64,000 nucleotides of DNA from Planctomycetota bacterium. GTDB taxonomy: Bacteria > Planctomycetota > UBA8742 > UBA2392. The stretch spans positions 897,098 through 961,097 of the forward strand of contig JADJRK010000001.1 of NCBI GenBank assembly GCA_016712285.1, written 5' to 3'. Positions 35,413 to 45,404 of this stretch are shown here, piece by piece. Within the stretch, counting starts at the first letter, position 1. Every line of letters starts with the position of its first letter. A model generated the notes under the pieces. That model ran no database searches, was not told the origin of the DNA, and worked only from the letters and a program-made list of their open reading frames with translations. Made by a program: the position numbers and the translations under genes.

Positions 35413-36399
35413 TCAATACACGTGCTTCTCGCGCAGCTCTGGCGCGACTTCATCCAGGCGCTGGCCCAGCTTCGCCCAGTGGCACGTCGGCACAGCCGGG
35501 AACAGGTGGTGCTCAATGTGGTGGAACATCTGGTAGCTGATCAGGTTCTTGAACCAGCCGCGCTGCGTGCGCGCGATCATGTGTTTGTCGTCGCAATCGT
35601 GGTGCACCGTCCAGACGGCAAAGAAGCCGGTGCCGCATTGGCCCAGCCACATCGTGATCACGAACAGGCCCAGCCACCACTGGCCCAACCCCAGCGAGAT
35701 CCACGCCGCAACGCCGTACCAGACGACGTTGCCGACCAGCTCAGCGTAGACCCAGCGCAGTTGATTCGGCTTGCCCTCTTTCAGGGCAAACCAGTGCAGC
35801 TTCATCGGAAAGTAGGGGCCTACAAGCATAGCCTGCCACCACTTGAGCTTGGCTGTGAAGCCCTCGACGTCTTCGTCGGTCAGGTTGTGGCGATGATGAT
35901 GCAGGTGGTTGATCTGCACCGCGTGCATGCTGCCAGTCATCACGATACTCAGCCAGAACATCAGCAGGTCGCAGCCGCGGCGCGACACGCCAATCGCGTA
36001 ATGGTACGCATTGTGGGTCTGCCGCAGGCCCGTGAGAAACAGGTAGAACGCGCAAAGCTGCGCCGGGACCATCCACCACCACGAGCCCGTGTACTGGATC
36101 AGCGCGAAGCAGCCAAGGCACGCCGCCAGCCAGGGCATACTGAGCGTGACTTCGACGAACGCCTGCCACGGCGAGACTTTGACCAGGTCGCGCCACTCGA
36201 CCATTTTGACGCGTGGGTCTTTGGTGATGTGGTAGTCAGCGTCGCCGGGCAGCGCCGACAGCGGCATCGGCACTTCCATGCCCGAAACTTCGTCCTGCGT
36301 CGGCAACTCGCCGCTCGCATGGACCGTAAGGTCCTGCGGGCGCGGCGCCGCGACTTCAACGACGGAGTTTTCGACTGCGGCTTCGGCGGTGGGTGACAC
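35413..36399 (-). CDS. Membrane fatty-acid desaturase-family protein
   Basis: Histidine boxes HNAYHYA, HAVQINHLHHHRH and HHIEHH. Confidence 0.8.
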   Translation of the reverse strand: MSPTAEAAVENSVVEVAAPRPQDLTVHASGELPTQDEVSGMEVPMPLSALPGDADYHITKDPRVKMVEWRDLVKVSPWQAFVEVTLSMPWLAACLGCFALIQYTGSWWWMVPAQLCAFYLFLTGLRQTHNAYHYAIGVSRRGCDLLMFWLSIVMTGSMHAVQINHLHHHRHNLTDEDVEGFTAKLKWWQAMLVGPYFPMKLHWFALKEGKPNQLRWVYAELVGNVVWYGVAAWISLGLGQWWLGLFVITMWLGQCGTGFFAVWTVHHDCDDKHMIARTQRGWFKNLISYQMFHHIEHHLFPAVPTCHWAKLGQRLDEVAPELREKHVY

Positions 36400-36507
36400 G
36401 CTGCTGGTCCTTATGGTCGTGATGCGGGCGCAGGATACACAGAGGCAGTGCGCCAGCCAAGAACACGAAAACCCCCGCCATCTGCGGGGGTCTTCAGGTT
36501 CAGTGAT

Positions 36508-37872
36508 CTAGAACTCCTCTTCGGCGGCTTTGTGGTCTGACTTGGGCAGTTCCGGCTTGGGGTTGTCCTTGACCAGTTCGTGCAGGATCTTTACGCCCGC
36601 CTCTTTGATCGTGTCCACACCGGCGGCATAGCGGATGTTGTCCTTCACGGGGTGCGTGGGCTCGACGGGATTGCCCTCAAGCTCGACTTGCCCATAGCTC
36701 AGGTTGCGCACGTTTTGCGCCGGGTAGATCAGATAGCTGCCATCCGGCAATTGCGTGAACGTGCTGCCCAGCACCGCGCCCGGGGTGCTTTCGCCGACCA
36801 ACGGCCCGAGCTTCAGCCACTTCCAGTTGTGCGCATACAGCTCTTTGGCGCTGCGGCTGCCGCTGTCCTGCAGCGCAACCACCGGCCGCTCCCACTTGGG
36901 CATGCCGTAGTCCTGCTGGCTGCCGCGACCGCCGGGGAAGCGCACCATCGGCGGTGGAGCGCCAAACGGTGAAAAGCAGGCGTTCATCACGTCCACGCTG
37001 CCGCCGCGGCCGCGCAGGTCGATGATGATGCCGTCGCACAGCTGCCACTGTTTCTTGAGCGCCCGTTTGAGAGCGGAACTCATGCCGTGGTGCAGGAAGT
37101 GCCAGAAACGGATGTAGCCGAACTTGCGCCCCTCATGCTCAATGATCGTCACGCTGTTGCGCGAAGCCGCGATCATGTTGATCTCGCCGGGCTCAACGCT
37201 GATGGTCAGGCGTTCTTCGCTGTCGGCGCTCCGTTGCAACTCAACCAGCAATGCGCCGCCGTCGGCCGGGTTCTTCAGAAAGTAGTGGGGGTGCTGGTTC
37301 GGCAGCCCCGGGTCTCCGCCCGCGTCGACCAGCAGGTCCGACTCTGCCACGGGTTTGCCGGCAATCTTGTGCACCCGGTCGCCGCGCTTGATGCCGGCTT
37401 TGTCTGCTGGGCCGCCGGTCAGCAGATCCGTCACGAAAAACTCGCCAGTGGTCAGCTCAGTGATGTCGAACCCGACCTGCCGGCGCAGCGTGTTGTCCAT
37501 CTCGGGTGCGAAGTGGTTGTCGTAGGCGTGCTGATCAACGATGCCAAGGTGGCTGACCTTGAACTCGCCCAGCAGTTCGCGCAGCACCGCATGCAGGGCA
37601 TTGCCCGGCGCGGCATCGGCGCAGCGCTTCAGGTAGCGGCCGCGCATTTCTTTCAGATCGTGGCCGCCATACTTCTTGTCGTAAAACCCGTTACGAATGA
37701 TGCCCAGCATCGCATCGAGAACTTTGACATTGGCCTTCTGCGCTTCGCTGAACGCGCCTTCATCCACTTCGCCTTTGGCTGAGTCATCAACAAGGCGCGC
37801 CTGGCCGGTCACGGGAACCGTTACCGACAGCATCAGTGCAGCAATCAGCGTAAGAAACACACGATACAGCAT
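36508..37872 (-). CDS. S41-family C-terminal processing peptidase with PDZ domain
   Basis: Signal peptide; PDZ segment GIKRGDRVHKIAGKPV; IIDLRGRGGS (S41 catalytic region). Confidence 0.8.
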   Translation of the reverse strand: MLYRVFLTLIAALMLSVTVPVTGQARLVDDSAKGEVDEGAFSEAQKANVKVLDAMLGIIRNGFYDKKYGGHDLKEMRGRYLKRCADAAPGNALHAVLRELLGEFKVSHLGIVDQHAYDNHFAPEMDNTLRRQVGFDITELTTGEFFVTDLLTGGPADKAGIKRGDRVHKIAGKPVAESDLLVDAGGDPGLPNQHPHYFLKNPADGGALLVELQRSADSEERLTISVEPGEINMIAASRNSVTIIEHEGRKFGYIRFWHFLHHGMSSALKRALKKQWQLCDGIIIDLRGRGGSVDVMNACFSPFGAPPPMVRFPGGRGSQQDYGMPKWERPVVALQDSGSRSAKELYAHNWKWLKLGPLVGESTPGAVLGSTFTQLPDGSYLIYPAQNVRNLSYGQVELEGNPVEPTHPVKDNIRYAAGVDTIKEAGVKILHELVKDNPKPELPKSDHKAAEEEF

Positions 37873-37964
37873 CAGATTCTCCTAAGCCGGGAGGTGCACT
37901 CCCGTTGACGCAGGGTAGAGTCCCGCTCAAATACGCGCGAAAGTGGTTCAGGAGTAGTCCCAAC

Positions 37965-40625
37965 ATGAACTTTTCCCTCACGGAGCAGGCCCGGTTTTTT
38001 GCAGGCACCGGCGCCGGGTACCTCGAAGACAAGCCCACATGGAAGCCCTTCATGAAGAAGGGCGTCACCCCCAAGTGGTCCCGCGACCGGGTGGTCGATG
38101 TCCGCCACATCCGGCTGGAGATCAAGCCGGACTTTGACAAGCGCTCGATCAGCGGCACGGCGACCTTGACTGTCGCGCCGATCAACGAGGGTGCCACGTT
38201 TCTTGACCTCGACGCCTGCGAGATGGAGATTTCGGCGGTCAACGTCGATGGGGCCAAGACTGAGTTTCGCCACGATGGCGAAGTGCTGACGGTGCAGTTC
38301 GGGCGCGAGTTGCCAGCCGACAAGCCGATCGACATTGCCATCAAGTACTCGGCTGTACCGCGGCGGGGCGCCTACTTTGTAGGCCCGGACCGCGACTACC
38401 CCAAGAAGCACAAGGAACTCTGGACGCAGGGCCAGGACGAGGACAGCCGCTACTGGTTTCCGTGCTTTGACTACCCGAACGAAAAGGCCACCAGCGAAAT
38501 CATCGTGGAAGTGCCCAGCGGCATGACCAGCCTGAGCAACGGCGCGCTGATTAACGTCGAGAGCCGCAAAGGCCACGAGCTGCACCACTGGAAGCACGAC
38601 GTGCCGCACGTGGCGTACCTGATGACCCTGGTCGTGGGCGACTTCGTCAAAGTCAGCAAAGAGTGGGATGGCATCCCGGTTGACTACTATGTGCCGCCCG
38701 GCAGAGAAGAAGACGGCGAACGCGCGTTCGGCCGCACGCCTGACATGGTGCGCTTCTTCAGCGAAAAGACCGGCGTGCGCTACCCGTATGCCAAGTACGC
38801 GCAGATCACTGCCGAAGACTTCATTTTCGGCGGCATGGAAAACACCACTGCTACCACGCAAACGGCACTGACGCTGCATGACGAGCGCGCGCACCTTGAC
38901 TTCAGTTCAGAGCCGCTGGTCAGCCACGAGCTTGCGCACCAGTGGTTCGGCGACTACCTGACCTGCCGCGACTGGAGCCACGCCTGGCTGAACGAGAGCT
39001 TCGCCACGTACTTTGAAGCCATGTGGTGCGAGGAGTCCCTGGGCGACGACGAGTTCAAGTACTACCTCGACGCCGACTGGAAAACCTACCTGGCCGAAGA
39101 CAAGGGCAGCTACCGCCGCGCCATCCAGACCAACATCTACAACGAGCCGCTGGACCTGTTCGACCGCCACCTTTACCAGAAGGGCGCGGTCATCCTGCAC
39201 CACCTGCGCAAGCTGCTGGGCGACCGGCTTTGGTGGAAGGTGATCAATCACTACCTTACCAGCAACGCCGAGCAGACGGTGATCACGCAGGACCTGGCCA
39301 CGTCGCTGGAAAAGGTCACCGGCCGCAACTGGGACTGGTTTCTGGCCCAGTGGATCCATGGCGGCGGGCACCCCCAGTTCAAGCTGAAAGCAACCTGGAG
39401 CGACAAGACCCAGAGCCTCGACTTTTCGATCCTGCAGACGCAGAAGCAGGATGACCTGACCGCGATTTTCCGCACGCCGGTCAAAGTCCGCTTTGCGTGG
39501 AAGGGTGGCGAAGAGATCCGCGAGTTCGAGTTGGACAAGCCCGCGCACCGCTATCACCTGAAGCTTCCCAAGCGCCCGGAGTGGGTTGCCTTTGACCCCG
39601 GCAACAGCATTCCCAAGACTCTCGAGCTGGACTTCAGCGAGGACATGCTCATCGCGCAGCTTGAACACGATGACGACGTGATGGGTCGCGTGCATGCCGC
39701 TCGGGCACTGGCGGGCAAGGCCACACGCAAGTCGGTAGCGGCGCTGGCCAAGGCGCTGACCGGCGACAAGTTCTGGGGCGTGCAAGCCGAATGCGCCGAG
39801 GCCCTGGGCAAGGCACACACCCCGGAAGCAATGCAGGCCCTGTGCGATGCCTACACCCTGCCACACCCAAAGGCAAGGCGCGCCGTTGCGGCTGCCCTTG
39901 GCGAATGGCGCCACAGCAGCGCGACTGAAAAGCTTGCGCTGATGCTGAACAAGGACAAGAGCTACTACGTCGCAGCCGAGGCCGCCGTGGCCCTCGGCAA
40001 GACACGGGCCGTGATCGCGTTTGACGTGTTGATGGGTGCCTTGCCGCGCGCCAGCCACGTGGACGTGATTCGCAGTTCTGTGTTCGCAGCGTTCTGTGAA
40101 CTCAAAGACCTGCGCGCGCTGCCGGTGTTGCTTGAATGGACCGAGGCAGGCCAAAGCCAGCAGGCTCGCTACGCAGCCGTGGCGGCACTGGGCAAACTGG
40201 CAAGGCTCAGCACCGAAGAGAAAGACAAACTGGCTGCACGCGAGCGGCTTGAGGCCCTGCTTGAGGGCGAGTTCAGGCTCGTGATGGCAGCCTTGAGCGG
40301 CTTGGGTGCATTGCGCGACGCGGCATCGATTCCGGCCCTGGCCAAGGTTGCGCGCACCAGCCATGACAGCCGCATCAAGAAGCGCGCCCGCGACACCATT
40401 GAAGCGATTCGGGCGGCACAAGGCGCACCCAAAGAACTGAAGGAGCTGCGCGACGACTACGACAAGCTGAAAGACGAGCACGACAAGCTGAAAGAGCGCG
40501 TTGAGAAAATGGAGTCGCTCAACGGGCACGGCAAGCAAGCCAGCAAGGCAAGCACTAAGCCCGCCCGCGCCGGCCAGCGCAAGTCGCAAAAGAAGGCCAA
40601 AGCTCGCGCGTCAAAGAGTCGTTGA
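37965..40625 (+). CDS. pepN: Aminopeptidase N (M1 family) with C-terminal HEAT/PBS-lyase-like repeats and a Lys-rich coiled-coil tail
   Basis: Start at ATG 37965 (AGGAG RBS). GAMEN-like GGMEN, zinc motif HELAHQWFGD, and downstream WLNESFATY. Confidence 0.9.
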   Translation: MNFSLTEQARFFAGTGAGYLEDKPTWKPFMKKGVTPKWSRDRVVDVRHIRLEIKPDFDKRSISGTATLTVAPINEGATFLDLDACEMEISAVNVDGAKTEFRHDGEVLTVQFGRELPADKPIDIAIKYSAVPRRGAYFVGPDRDYPKKHKELWTQGQDEDSRYWFPCFDYPNEKATSEIIVEVPSGMTSLSNGALINVESRKGHELHHWKHDVPHVAYLMTLVVGDFVKVSKEWDGIPVDYYVPPGREEDGERAFGRTPDMVRFFSEKTGVRYPYAKYAQITAEDFIFGGMENTTATTQTALTLHDERAHLDFSSEPLVSHELAHQWFGDYLTCRDWSHAWLNESFATYFEAMWCEESLGDDEFKYYLDADWKTYLAEDKGSYRRAIQTNIYNEPLDLFDRHLYQKGAVILHHLRKLLGDRLWWKVINHYLTSNAEQTVITQDLATSLEKVTGRNWDWFLAQWIHGGGHPQFKLKATWSDKTQSLDFSILQTQKQDDLTAIFRTPVKVRFAWKGGEEIREFELDKPAHRYHLKLPKRPEWVAFDPGNSIPKTLELDFSEDMLIAQLEHDDDVMGRVHAARALAGKATRKSVAALAKALTGDKFWGVQAECAEALGKAHTPEAMQALCDAYTLPHPKARRAVAAALGEWRHSSATEKLALMLNKDKSYYVAAEAAVALGKTRAVIAFDVLMGALPRASHVDVIRSSVFAAFCELKDLRALPVLLEWTEAGQSQQARYAAVAALGKLARLSTEEKDKLAARERLEALLEGEFRLVMAALSGLGALRDAASIPALAKVARTSHDSRIKKRARDTIEAIRAAQGAPKELKELRDDYDKLKDEHDKLKERVEKMESLNGHGKQASKASTKPARAGQRKSQKKAKARASKSR

Positions 40626-40646
40626 AGATCGACCACCGACACGAAC

Positions 40647-40677
40647 AAGGGCGCGCTCGGGCCCGCCCTTTCTATGC
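40647..40677 (+). terminator. Hairpin terminator after pepN
   Basis: aagggcg-cgctcgggc-ccgccctt followed by tctat. Confidence 0.5.
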
Positions 40678-41487
40678 CGGTGGAAACACCAGCAAGTAGA
40701 TCAGCGCTGCCACGCCAGCCGCCGCCGTGTACGCGCTGAACCAGCGTAGCTTGCGCTTGGCGACGACCAACTTGACCAGCGAGAGCCCGATCAGGCTGAA
40801 CACGAGGCTGGCCAAGAACCCGGCTATGGCCGGCGCCGCGTCGATCTGGCTGATCTCGCGCGCCTCAATCAAGCCCGCGCCGCCGATCGCGATCAGTCCC
40901 ATCAGGAAACTCAGGCGCACCGCATCACTGCGTACCCAGTACAGCATCAACGCCATGCAGATCGTGCTGCCGCTGCGCGACACCCCCGGCAGCAGCGCCA
41001 CCATCTGCGCCACGCCGACCAACAGCACCAGCCAGAGGTCGGTGCCCTTGGCAGTCTCCAGCGTCACGCGCAACTCCCGCGGCCGCTCGGCCAGCCACAG
41101 CACAGCCGCGGTGAACATCAAGCCAAAACACGCAACCCAGGGCGATTGCAACACGTTGTGCTCAATCCAGCCCTCTTGAGCTTCAGGCAGCAGCTTCTTG
41201 ATCGTGATGCCGACGATCGCCGCCGGGATGCTGGCGAGAACCAGCAGGCTGATCACGTGCCAGTTGATTTTGGGGTACACGAGCTTGGCCACGTCGCCGC
41301 GAAACACCCACAGGATCGCCAGCCAACTGCCCAGATGCAGAAGCACGCTTTGGGCGGTGCTGCCCTCGCCGCCAAGTTCGCGCCCGAGAATCACCCCAAG
41401 GATCACCAAGTGGCCCGAGCTGCTGACCGGCAGAAACTCGGTCAGGCCCTGCACTGCGCCCAAGATGATGGCTTTCAGCACGTCCAT
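40672..41487 (-). CDS. uppP: Undecaprenyl-diphosphatase
   Basis: MDVLKAIILGAVQGLTEFLPVSSSGHLVI... is the canonical BacA/UppP N-terminus. Confidence 0.9.
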   Translation of the reverse strand: MDVLKAIILGAVQGLTEFLPVSSSGHLVILGVILGRELGGEGSTAQSVLLHLGSWLAILWVFRGDVAKLVYPKINWHVISLLVLASIPAAIVGITIKKLLPEAQEGWIEHNVLQSPWVACFGLMFTAAVLWLAERPRELRVTLETAKGTDLWLVLLVGVAQMVALLPGVSRSGSTICMALMLYWVRSDAVRLSFLMGLIAIGGAGLIEAREISQIDAAPAIAGFLASLVFSLIGLSLVKLVVAKRKLRWFSAYTAAAGVAALIYLLVFPPA

Positions 41488-41615
41488 GCCCGATTATCGG
41501 CAAAGTCAGCCCCCGAAGTGAAGGCACGAAACCCGCGCGCGTTCGGGTTCTTGACGGCTGCGGGCAAACGGGTTAATCATGCCGCCCCGCGATGGTAACG
41601 TTGCGGCTTGAAAAC

Positions 41616-41692
41616 GGGGATGTAGCTCAATCGGTTAGAGCGCCGGCCTGTCACGCCGGAGGTTGCGGGTTCGAGTCCCGTCATCCTCGCCA
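41616..41692 (+). tRNA. tRNA-Asp (anticodon GTC), CCA encoded
   Basis: ggggatg acceptor, tagctcaatcggttagagc D-arm, ccggc-ctGTCac-gccgg anticodon arm, gcggg-ttcgagt-cccgt T-arm, catcctc-g-cca. Confidence 0.9.
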
Positions 41693-41702
41693 GACTACAA
41701 CG

Positions 41703-41740
41703 CAAGCAGGAAGCGGCCTCACGGCCACTTCCTGCTTTGC
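41703..41740 (+). terminator. Hairpin after tRNA-Asp
   Basis: gcaagcaggaag-cggcctcacggccac-ttcctgctttgc. Confidence 0.5.
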
Positions 41741-41803
41741 GTTCAGGGCAAGAAAAAAAGTGATGCGTCACCTACAAAGTCGCGGCGTCGAAAGGGGGAT
41801 CGA

Positions 41804-42595
41804 ATGGTCACGCCACAAGACATTGAGCGATTCACCGAGCGGTTGGAACACGCGCTTTGGCAGACGGAACGCCCCACTGCGGCAGGCTCATTCAGCGCAC
41901 GGTGGTTCGGGGGGCAGGTGGCTCGACAAGTAGGAATAGAACAGACGGTAGGCGAGGGCGACTCGGACTTGGTAGTAGTCACGGCGGACTTCCTGTGGAA
42001 TTACGTCAGGCTGGGAATCCTCCGGCCAGTTTCGGTTGCTGGCGGCGACAAGTCGGCCTATGACAATTCGAAGTTCTACTTCACCCCAGAGGGGCTTCAT
42101 TGGCAACGGCAGCCATTCGACAGCACAAGCCCATTTGCGACCGACTTTGAAACAGCCCTAAAAGCAGAATGTTCGATCATCCAAGGTGAGCCCTGCGTGC
42201 TTATGATCGAAGCCAGACGCGCGTTCCAAACCGGGTTGCGGCGGGCGTGTTTGTTCCTGGTTGGACTTCTAAACGAGGACGTGACCGACAAACTGTTTGA
42301 CGCGGGGCTGGAATCTGGCGGCGTCAAAGACACAAACGCCAAGGCAAATCGTTTCCTTGCGTTTGCCAAGCAGCGAGACGTTTTCGAGGGAATGCTCGCA
42401 CAACAGAAGGCAGGGAATCTCAGTCCCGGCGTTGCGGATGAATGGGACGCGTTGGCGACGGCGATCAGGAACTACAGGAACGAGTGCGCCCACAGTGCGG
42501 CCTACATTCCTGATCAATCCACCGTTCACTCTGCCCTATTCATGCTTCCACGGATGGCGCGAACAGCGCAGGCGGGATTTGATGCGCTCACTTGA
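41804..42595 (+). CDS. Hypothetical protein next to tRNA-Asp with a C-terminal Rx4H (HEPN-like) motif. Possible Abi/defence-type RNase (tentative)
   Basis: Start at ATG 41804 (AAAGGGGGAT RBS). 263 aa; ...AIRNYRNECAHSAAY... fits the HEPN R-x4-6-H signature. No other domain recognised. Confidence 0.5.
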   Translation: MVTPQDIERFTERLEHALWQTERPTAAGSFSARWFGGQVARQVGIEQTVGEGDSDLVVVTADFLWNYVRLGILRPVSVAGGDKSAYDNSKFYFTPEGLHWQRQPFDSTSPFATDFETALKAECSIIQGEPCVLMIEARRAFQTGLRRACLFLVGLLNEDVTDKLFDAGLESGGVKDTNAKANRFLAFAKQRDVFEGMLAQQKAGNLSPGVADEWDALATAIRNYRNECAHSAAYIPDQSTVHSALFMLPRMARTAQAGFDALT

Positions 42596-42863
42596 AACTG
42601 TGCGCCTTGTCGTCAAGGTCGCGTAGCTGGTCAATAGAAAGGCCCGGCAACTCGCGCCGGACGACGGAAAGGCCGCGCCGGGCGTGAGATTCCTTCCGGG
42701 TGCAGACCATGCCGCCGGCGACGCATCGGTTAATCCGTGCAATCTGCAGTCAGCGTTTGCCCGTGAAATCGTCGATGCGTTGCTTTCCAAATTGGCTTGT
42801 GGCTTGTAAGCGACTGTGTTCAATCCACCTGCGAACCTTTCTCGTCTTACTCAGGAGAACCCG

Positions 42864-43793
42864 ATGCGCGACAACAAGTCTCTTTTCATGCTGATCGGCG
42901 CCGGCGTGGTGCTGGTACTCGTGGCCACCTTCATGCTGTCCTGCTACGAAATCGTTGACCCCGGCCACCGCGGCGTCCACGTTTCCTTCGGCACCCTGAC
43001 CGAGGAATCCTACGACGAAGGCCTCCACTTCAAGGCGCCCTGGGCCTCCATCCACGAGGTCAACATCCAGGAACAGATCGTGGTCAGTGCCGCAGGCGCC
43101 GCCTCGTCGGACCTGCAGACCGTGACCACCGAAGTCGCCGTCAACTACAAGCCCGAAGCCGCCATGGTCTGGTGGCTTTACCAGAACCTTGGCAAGAGTG
43201 GCGACATCTGGCGCACGACCAAGCTCAACCCGATTATCGGCGAGTCGGTCAAGTCCGTCACCGCCAAGTACACCGCCGAAAACCTGATCAAGCACCGCGA
43301 AGAAGTAAAAGGTGAAATCGAGCGCATCATCACCCAGCGCGCGCTGGGCAGCAACCTGATCGTCACCGCCGTCAACATCACCGACTTCAAGTTCAGCGCC
43401 AGCTTTGACCACGCCATCGAAGCCAAGGTGCAGGCCGAGCAGGACACCCTGCGCGCCCGCAACGAGCTCGAGAAAGAAAAAGTCGAAGCCGAAAAGAAAG
43501 TCGTGCAGTCGGAGGCCGAGGCCAAGATGAAAGAGCTTCAGGCCTCTGCCGACCGCAAAGCCACCGAGGAAAAGGCAGCAGGCCAGGCCAAGCAGATTGA
43601 GCTGCTCAGTATCGCAAACTCCGAGGCCACAAAGCGCGAAGCCGACGCTGAGGCCGAAGCCAACAAGGTTCTGCTGGCCACACTCGACAAGAAGATTCTT
43701 GAAAACAAGCGGCTTGAGAAGTGGGACGGCAAACTGCCCAAGGTCACGGGCAGCACCAATCCACTGCTGCTGCTGAACCCGGATGAAGAATAG
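42864..43793 (+). CDS. SPFH/Band-7 (prohibitin/HflKC-like) membrane protein
   Basis: Start at ATG 42864 (AGGAGA RBS). N-terminal TM; EIVDPGHRGVHVSFGTL is the typical start of an SPFH domain. Coiled-coil Ala/Glu/Lys-rich C-terminus. Confidence 0.8.
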   Translation: MRDNKSLFMLIGAGVVLVLVATFMLSCYEIVDPGHRGVHVSFGTLTEESYDEGLHFKAPWASIHEVNIQEQIVVSAAGAASSDLQTVTTEVAVNYKPEAAMVWWLYQNLGKSGDIWRTTKLNPIIGESVKSVTAKYTAENLIKHREEVKGEIERIITQRALGSNLIVTAVNITDFKFSASFDHAIEAKVQAEQDTLRARNELEKEKVEAEKKVVQSEAEAKMKELQASADRKATEEKAAGQAKQIELLSIANSEATKREADAEAEANKVLLATLDKKILENKRLEKWDGKLPKVTGSTNPLLLLNPDEE

Positions 43794-43839
43794 CGCTGCG
43801 CGACTGCGGGCCCGGCCAATCGGTCGGGCCTTGCGCCTT

Positions 43840-43914
43840 CTAGTCGCGGGTGCGGGCGGCTTTCAGCAGGGCGCTCACCAGGACCATCAGCATTGTACGG
43901 GCGAAACCTGTCAT
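43840..43914 (-). CDS. Possible small hydrophobic peptide (24 aa)
   Basis: AAGGAGA RBS 6 nt upstream of an ATG encoding MTGFARTMLMVLVSALLKAARTRD. Called on RBS quality only. Confidence 0.3.
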   Translation of the reverse strand: MTGFARTMLMVLVSALLKAARTRD

Positions 43915-44003
43915 GGCGTTCTCCTTGCCATTACAGATACCCCGCGGCGATCAAGCTTTCTCGCAGCGCTTGATAAGCTTGCGTGAAGTTTCTGACACAC
44001 CCG

Positions 44004-45008
44004 TCAGGGCAGGTCCACCATCGGCCGCTCGTGCCCGCACTGCTTGAGCATGTCTTTGATTTCCTGCGCCAGGTACATGCTGGCGCGGTCGATCTCGGTT
44101 TCGCTGGAGACGTCCAGCCACTGCACCTTGGGGAAGCCCTTGAAGAACGTCATGCTCTTGCGCGCAAATTGCTTCACGTCGCGCACGGTCTGTTCAACGC
44201 ACTCCTGCCAGGTCAGCGCGCCGCGCAAGTACTCCTGGATGCGCTTGTAACCGTGGGCCTTGCCAGACGTACTCGAAAACCCGCCCGCTGCCAAAATGCG
44301 CTGCACTTCGTCAAGCCAGCCCGCGTCAAACATGGCCTGCGCGCGCAGGCGAATGCGTTCGTACAGGATCTCCCGCGGCCAGCGAACACCCGTGAAGATC
44401 CAGCGATAGTCGGCGCGCGGCTGGCCCCACTGCTTGACCTCGCTGGGCAGCTTGCGCCCGAACTTGATCATCTCGAGTGCCCGCACGAGGCGCTTCTTGT
44501 CAGCCGGGCCGATGCGCTGGGCCGCCACCGGGTCGTCTTTCAGCAGAATGGCTGCAAGCTCGGCTGCGGGCATGCGGTCCATGGCGGCGCGAAACTGCGG
44601 GTTGGGGCCGGGGCCACGCTCGATGCCGTAGACCAGCGCCTTGAGATAATAGGGCGCGGTTACATCCAACACGGGCACATTGCCGCGCTTGACGATGTCG
44701 GCCAGCAAGGGCTCGGCGTAATCGAGAAACTCGGCAACGGAGAACTCTTCGTTCGGGTTGACGATGTCGATGCCGTGGTGGGGGATCAGTTTGCGCTCGG
44801 TGATGCTTGGTTTTGCCGTACCGGCGTCCATGCCGCGATACACTTTCAGCGCATCGACGCTCAGGATCTCGCCCCGCACACGCTCCGCCACGGCCATGGC
44901 CATGCGGCTTTTGCCGCTGGCGGTGGGACCAAGGATGACAAGGACAGGAAACTTCGCGTCCGGGGATGGTGCCGAATGATCGCGCTGTACCGGCATATGC
45001 AGGGTCAA
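44004..45008 (-). CDS. miaA: tRNA dimethylallyltransferase
   Basis: P-loop ILGPTASGKS; ...SVDALKVYRGMDAGTAKP... is the MiaA signature region. Confidence 0.9.
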   Translation of the reverse strand: MTLHMPVQRDHSAPSPDAKFPVLVILGPTASGKSRMAMAVAERVRGEILSVDALKVYRGMDAGTAKPSITERKLIPHHGIDIVNPNEEFSVAEFLDYAEPLLADIVKRGNVPVLDVTAPYYLKALVYGIERGPGPNPQFRAAMDRMPAAELAAILLKDDPVAAQRIGPADKKRLVRALEMIKFGRKLPSEVKQWGQPRADYRWIFTGVRWPREILYERIRLRAQAMFDAGWLDEVQRILAAGGFSSTSGKAHGYKRIQEYLRGALTWQECVEQTVRDVKQFARKSMTFFKGFPKVQWLDVSSETEIDRASMYLAQEIKDMLKQCGHERPMVDLP

Positions 45009-45337
45009 AGGTTGCGCTTGTCTTCGGCGATCACCGCGGTGCCGCTGACCGTGATCAGCACAAGGCCATCGCCGGAAAGATAAGCGTAGTCGAAGTCGAG
45101 GCCGATCACCGCGTTGGCGCCCATTTCCTTGGCTTCATTTTCCAGGCTCATCATGGCGGCTTGGCGGGTCTCGTGAATCATCTTCTCGAACTCGGGGTGG
45201 CGACCGCCGCCTTCGCGACGGATGAAGGCAGCAAAGTCGCGCATCTCGACGGGCGCAATGGCCGCCTGGCCCGCGACCACGCCGAGATACTGCGTGATGA
45301 CGTGGCACTCTAGGTTGCTGGTCGTGGTCTTCAGCAT
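45005..45337 (-). CDS. YbjQ/UPF0145-family protein
   Basis: 110 aa; ...GANAVIGLDFDYAYLSGDGLVLITVSGTAV... is the conserved UPF0145 core. Confidence 0.8.
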   Translation of the reverse strand: MLKTTTSNLECHVITQYLGVVAGQAAIAPVEMRDFAAFIRREGGGRHPEFEKMIHETRQAAMMSLENEAKEMGANAVIGLDFDYAYLSGDGLVLITVSGTAVIAEDKRNL

Positions 45338-45404
45338 GATTGACCCGCGGGTGGCTTGGTATCAAGCTAACAGAAATTGCCCGTTGGGGGCACTGGGAGT
45401 CCAC

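Noticed and set aside
43783-43986. Track ORFs 43783..43986 (+) and 43850..44047 (+) between the SPFH gene and miaA
   Set aside because: They have no RBS and low-complexity translations, and they overlap the convergent terminator region. Only the short - strand peptide with a strong RBS was retained, at low confidence.
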